A stretch of 60,978 nt of DNA, counting the filler. It is 7 parts of 7 records of this genome, joined end to end, with 100 filler letters (N's around TTAATTAATTAA, not from the genome) between each part and the next. Parts side by side here need not be neighbours in the genome. Positions count along the whole stretch, not along the records: positions 52,763 to 60,978 come from SRR31156797_16540; 6 more parts are not named here. One strand, given 5' to 3'. Made by a program: the position numbers and the translations under genes. This document shows positions 57,537 to 60,978 of the stretch, piece after piece (within the stretch, counting starts at the first letter, position 1; the number at the start of each line of letters is the position of its first letter). The notes beneath the pieces are model-generated. The model was not told the DNA's origin. It ran no database searches and saw only the letters and a program-made list of their open reading frames with translations.

Positions 57537-58720
57537 TTTTTCCTCAAAATAGCTCCAAACATTAGATCCCTAGAAAAAAGAGGTGCAGTTTTAAAGAATT
57601 TTCTGTCAACAACGCTAGAGATATCACGCCCTTTGCCAATATTCTCAATTAACCTTTCCTTTGCGCTTGCAAGCTCAAAGTTCTCATGAGTTTTAAGAAA
57701 ATTCTCAACAATATGTTCATTTTCTTCTTTTAAAAAGCTACAGGTAACATAGATCAGTTCACCACCATCACGAACACGTTTGGCTGCAGCAACAAGGATC
57801 TCTTTTTGGGTCTTATTGATCTTTGAGACCAGTTTTTCAGATATAGTCCACCTGTCACCTGGATTTCTTCTTAAAACTCCGCTTCCGGAACATGGAGCGT
57901 CAATAAAAACTGTATTAAAGGATCTTTTTAGTGTTTTTTCAAGACTTATCGTTTCGATCCTAGCTCCAGCTCTGTCTCCCCTAGATTGAATTTCTTTAAA
58001 AAGGTTGGTTCTTATGTCTGAATCTGTGATCTTTGCCTTAGGAAAAAAGCTATGTACAGCAAGAGATTTTCCACCGGCACCGGCACAGGGTTCATAAAAT
58101 GTTTTACAGGTTCCTTTAACTAATAGAGCAGAAAGTTGGCTTGATTCATCCTGGAATTCAAAAAAGCCTTTTTTATAGAGCTTGCTCTGAGTCATGCTTG
58201 GAACGTTATCTGAAAAAATAAGACCTGCAGGAGAAAGGTCCGTTTCTGTTGTTTTAATATCTAGATCGAGCAGTTCTTTTTTTAGATCATCTCTGGATAT
58301 TTTCAAAAGATTTGTCCTGATCGTGGTTTCTGCCTTGATGTTTAACCATTTAAAAACATCGGGGTTTTGAGTCGCTTCATCGAATTTTGAATTTAAGTAT
58401 TTTGAAAAAGACCTGTTAAAAAGTTCGTCAAATTCACCTGAATCCTTAAGGTCATCGATCTGATCCTGCAGATTTTGTTCAGGCTCGTTATCATAGACCA
58501 TCGAGATCCTGTGAGGCAAGTTAAACCCGTGAAGCTTGTTAATAAGATGTTTGTGCCTTAGAAAAAAGAAAAATCGTTCTCTTATCCATTCTCTGTCTCT
58601 TTTTCCGATCCTTCGGTAGCGTAGAAACTGTTTTAAGAACATATCTGCCTTGTCATTTCTAGTTGAGAATTCGGCAACTGCGTCGTTTAGAGCGGCCTCT
58701 AAAAATTTGTTGTATCTCAT
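57533..58720 (-). CDS. RsmB/NOP2-family RNA cytosine-C5 methyltransferase
   Basis: FQDESSQ, CAGAGGKS, DAPCSGSG, YVTCS and EENE. Confidence 0.92.
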   Translation of the reverse strand: MRYNKFLEAALNDAVAEFSTRNDKADMFLKQFLRYRRIGKRDREWIRERFFFFLRHKHLINKLHGFNLPHRISMVYDNEPEQNLQDQIDDLKDSGEFDELFNRSFSKYLNSKFDEATQNPDVFKWLNIKAETTIRTNLLKISRDDLKKELLDLDIKTTETDLSPAGLIFSDNVPSMTQSKLYKKGFFEFQDESSQLSALLVKGTCKTFYEPCAGAGGKSLAVHSFFPKAKITDSDIRTNLFKEIQSRGDRAGARIETISLEKTLKRSFNTVFIDAPCSGSGVLRRNPGDRWTISEKLVSKINKTQKEILVAAAKRVRDGGELIYVTCSFLKEENEHIVENFLKTHENFELASAKERLIENIGKGRDISSVVDRKFFKTAPLFSRDLMFGAILRKK

Positions 58721-59490
58721 TTTAACTTCTTTAAATTTTTAATAAAAAATGCATTTGTCTGTGCCTGAGCATGTGTAAATGTAATATCGATAAACTTTTT
58801 TAAAGTAATTTCTGAATCAAACCATTTTTTAAATGCAAGCCACCCCTGACAGGCTAACATTCCTGCTGCGTCTTTTGGAATATTTCCAAACTGATAGGAT
58901 ATATCAATGATGTTTTTACTGTTTCTGATTAATGGTAGAGTGTTAATCGTGAGAGTTTCATCCTTCCATTTATCAATATTGTGAAGGGTTCCAAATTCTT
59001 TTTCCCAGCCTTTTTCTTTTCTGCCAAAGATCCTGGGAGTAACCCCGTTCTTATGAAGAGCATAGGCAATGGATCTTGATGTTCCACCATTTCCTAGTAT
59101 ATCAGTTGAGGAAAATTGAACATTTTGATTTTTAAGCCAAAGCAGTAAGCCTTTACCATCAGTGTTGTCACCTATGAGCTTTCCGCTTTTTTTAAATATT
59201 GTATTAATAGAGCCGCAAACCTCTGCTGTTTCTGTAAGTTCACTGCACAAGTCTATAGCTTTAATTTTGTTGGGAATAGTTATGTTTGCTCCGAGGCTAT
59301 GCTCGTTTTCAAGAATATCATTAAAGTCTGGAAGATTGCCTCTGAAAATGGAGTAGATGATCTTTTGTTTATTTAAAAAAGATGCATGTTCCTGAAAAAA
59401 TGGAGATAGTGAGAAATCAAGGGGTTCCCCCCAGATAAATATCTTGCTGGAAATATCAGAGATTCCAGTAGAATGAGAAAACTTGTTCAC
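58717..59490 (-). CDS. aroE: Shikimate dehydrogenase-like protein
   Basis: SLSP, GANITIPNK, SINT, GDNTDGKG, LGNGGTS and GMLACQG; start uncertain (GTG 59490 chosen, ORF track gives 59604). Confidence 0.8.
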   Translation of the reverse strand: MNKFSHSTGISDISSKIFIWGEPLDFSLSPFFQEHASFLNKQKIIYSIFRGNLPDFNDILENEHSLGANITIPNKIKAIDLCSELTETAEVCGSINTIFKKSGKLIGDNTDGKGLLLWLKNQNVQFSSTDILGNGGTSRSIAYALHKNGVTPRIFGRKEKGWEKEFGTLHNIDKWKDETLTINTLPLIRNSKNIIDISYQFGNIPKDAAGMLACQGWLAFKKWFDSEITLKKFIDITFTHAQAQTNAFFIKNLKKLK

Positions 59491-60253
59491 GGCTTTTAAA
59501 AATTTTAAATCTTTTTGATTTAACTGCCATGACAATGCAGTCTCCAAAAAGAGTTGACTGGTACTTTGCATCAGTAAGGATAACATCTCTAGCAATGCCA
59601 TCACCGCTAACTCTGATCTTTAGGTTTATTGTTCCCCTAAGATCAGTATCACCAGCTTTAGCTCTTTTAACATAACAGTTTTTTAGTTGAGGCAGATATG
59701 AATCCATTTGTTCTTTTATATCCAGAAGATCTAACGCATTCTTTATTTTTTTATCTTTGTACTTATCCCAAAGTTTGATCAGTTCAGATTCTTCAGGCAT
59801 TTGAGAAACAAATTTAATATCAGCCTCTTTTTGAGGACGCTTTTCCATCCCTGTCCTTTTTGTTTCAACTGGTATAGCTGTTTGGAGATTATTTTCCATT
59901 TTTGTATCTTGTTCCACCTTTTTTAAATATAGGCGGTAAGTGGAATACGTTGCAATAAGTAGAGCTAACAAAATAATTGTGAATGCACTACCGGTTCCTT
60001 TTTTCTTTTCTTTTATTTCATCTTCTTCCGGAGATTCAAATTCTTTTTTATCTCGCTCCATTGCTTTCTTTTCAAAAAGCTCAGAATACCTAACGGTAAA
60101 TACTTCCCACTCCATATGATCGTTGTTATCGCCAGTGGAAAAGTAGTAGTTATTGAGAGTCTCTTTGTTCTTTATACAGAAGTCTACAATTGTTTTTTCA
60201 TCAAATGTAGCAAGAGCCTGTTTGGATTTTTTATGATAGATCTTAAAGTTCAT
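59456..60253 (-). CDS. Bitopic membrane protein with AgmX/PglI C-terminal (TonB-C-like) domain
   Basis: Single TM helix, then QLKNCY...LRGTINLKIRVSGDG...DCI...F pattern; ATG 60253 follows the upstream stop. Confidence 0.7.
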   Translation of the reverse strand: MNFKIYHKKSKQALATFDEKTIVDFCIKNKETLNNYYFSTGDNNDHMEWEVFTVRYSELFEKKAMERDKKEFESPEEDEIKEKKKGTGSAFTIILLALLIATYSTYRLYLKKVEQDTKMENNLQTAIPVETKRTGMEKRPQKEADIKFVSQMPEESELIKLWDKYKDKKIKNALDLLDIKEQMDSYLPQLKNCYVKRAKAGDTDLRGTINLKIRVSGDGIARDVILTDAKYQSTLFGDCIVMAVKSKRFKIFKSREQVFSFYWNL

Positions 60254-60260
60254 TGGATCC

Positions 60261-60977
60261 TCAAATTTCCAGGATGTCATCAGGAACGGTCATTACATGA
60301 TCGTCTTCCTCGTTGTTATCTCCAAAAAGAATACCGAGGTCAACATATTTTAGTATTTCAGAAAGAAGAATGAAATCATCATTTTCAGGGAAAATGTTAA
60401 GATAGGAGGTAACTTCTCTGGTATTTACCATGAACTGAAGTGTTTCCAGTTCCTTTTTCGAAAGATCAGAAAGTTTTCCTGTAATTGGTATAAGAAACCG
60501 TAACTGATCTGAGTTGACCATTTTACGATATTTTATAAGTGTTCCTCTCTGATTTGAGATCTCCATAAAAACATCTTCAAGGTAGTCATTTACCTTTTCT
60601 TTCTTAGGAGCATCATCAACTTTGAATTCATATTCTCCATCTTTAGCCAGGAGAAATCTTGAAAGAACTTTTTCCTGAGCAAAGTTTCTACTTGATATGG
60701 CATCAGCAGCAACTATTCCTGAAACTCCAAGGGCGATCTCTATCTTTTCTTCAAATGGAGCTGTAACTTTAACAATGAGATATCCGGAGTTGTTTGACTG
60801 AGAAAGATACTTCAGCAGGTCAACTGGATCAATTGCTGAAAGACTTCCTTTTGATGCAGCAACAGCTGAGTCCGGTACAGTTTTGGCCGTTGTTGCAGGG
60901 CCACCTTTTTTTAAAGCTACTTTTGCAACACTAATTCTATCCTTTTTTTCAGGAGCAGATTCAGTTAACGAAGCATC
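60261..60977 (-). CDS. DUF4388-like domain protein, 5'-truncated
   Basis: Frame is open from the window end (the ORF track shows only 60261-60566); KGSLSAIDPVDLLKYLSQSNNSGYLIV...DGEYEF matches the DUF4388 pattern. Confidence 0.7.
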   Translation of the reverse strand, partial: DASLTESAPEKKDRISVAKVALKKGGPATTAKTVPDSAVAASKGSLSAIDPVDLLKYLSQSNNSGYLIVKVTAPFEEKIEIALGVSGIVAADAISSRNFAQEKVLSRFLLAKDGEYEFKVDDAPKKEKVNDYLEDVFMEISNQRGTLIKYRKMVNSDQLRFLIPITGKLSDLSKKELETLQFMVNTREVTSYLNIFPENDDFILLSEILKYVDLGILFGDNNEEDDHVMTVPDDILEI

Positions 60978-60978
60978 A

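Overview
This window is not one locus. It is seven unrelated contigs joined by identical 100-bp N/TTAATTAATTAA/N spacers (9323-9422, 17616-17715, 27242-27341, 33575-33674, 44366-44465, 52663-52762), which looks like a concatenated metagenome assembly. Contig 1 (1-9322): housekeeping genes etfBA, efp, gcvH, gcvPA, a TolB-like lipoprotein, gmhA, xerD, an M50 protease and rsgA, with heptamer and REP-like intergenic repeats. Contig 2 (Bacteroidota-like): a phosphorus-scavenging cluster of PiT transporter, TonB-dependent receptor, beta-propeller phytase, glycosyltransferase and a second PiT. Contig 3 (Bacteroidota-like): cysN, FadL-type OMP, Ser/Arg-rich lipoprotein, proS, pepT and a sensor kinase. 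Contig 4 (Bacteroidota-like): cobalamin biosynthesis genes with fusions. Contig 5 (GC-rich, Desulfobacterota-like): radical SAM gene, a BlaI/BlaR1-like module with two operators, and a three-gene MukFEB/Wadjet(JetABC)-like SMC operon with atypical ATPase motifs and no JetD nuclease on the contig; this is the strongest candidate for an undescribed system. Contig 6: truncated tRNA-Thr(CGT), YdcF, MlaEFD with a long MlaD carrying a beta-rich tail, a CHASE2 cyclase and repeat proteins. Contig 7 (AT-rich with myxobacterial-type domains): PEGA and SEL1 proteins, ECF-S plus DUF362, an S8 protease with a short GCS C-terminal motif, RsmB-type MTase, aroE-like, AgmX/PglI-C and DUF4388 proteins. No CRISPR array, rRNA or transposase was seen. 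All family and taxonomic calls come from motif recognition by eye, not database searches.
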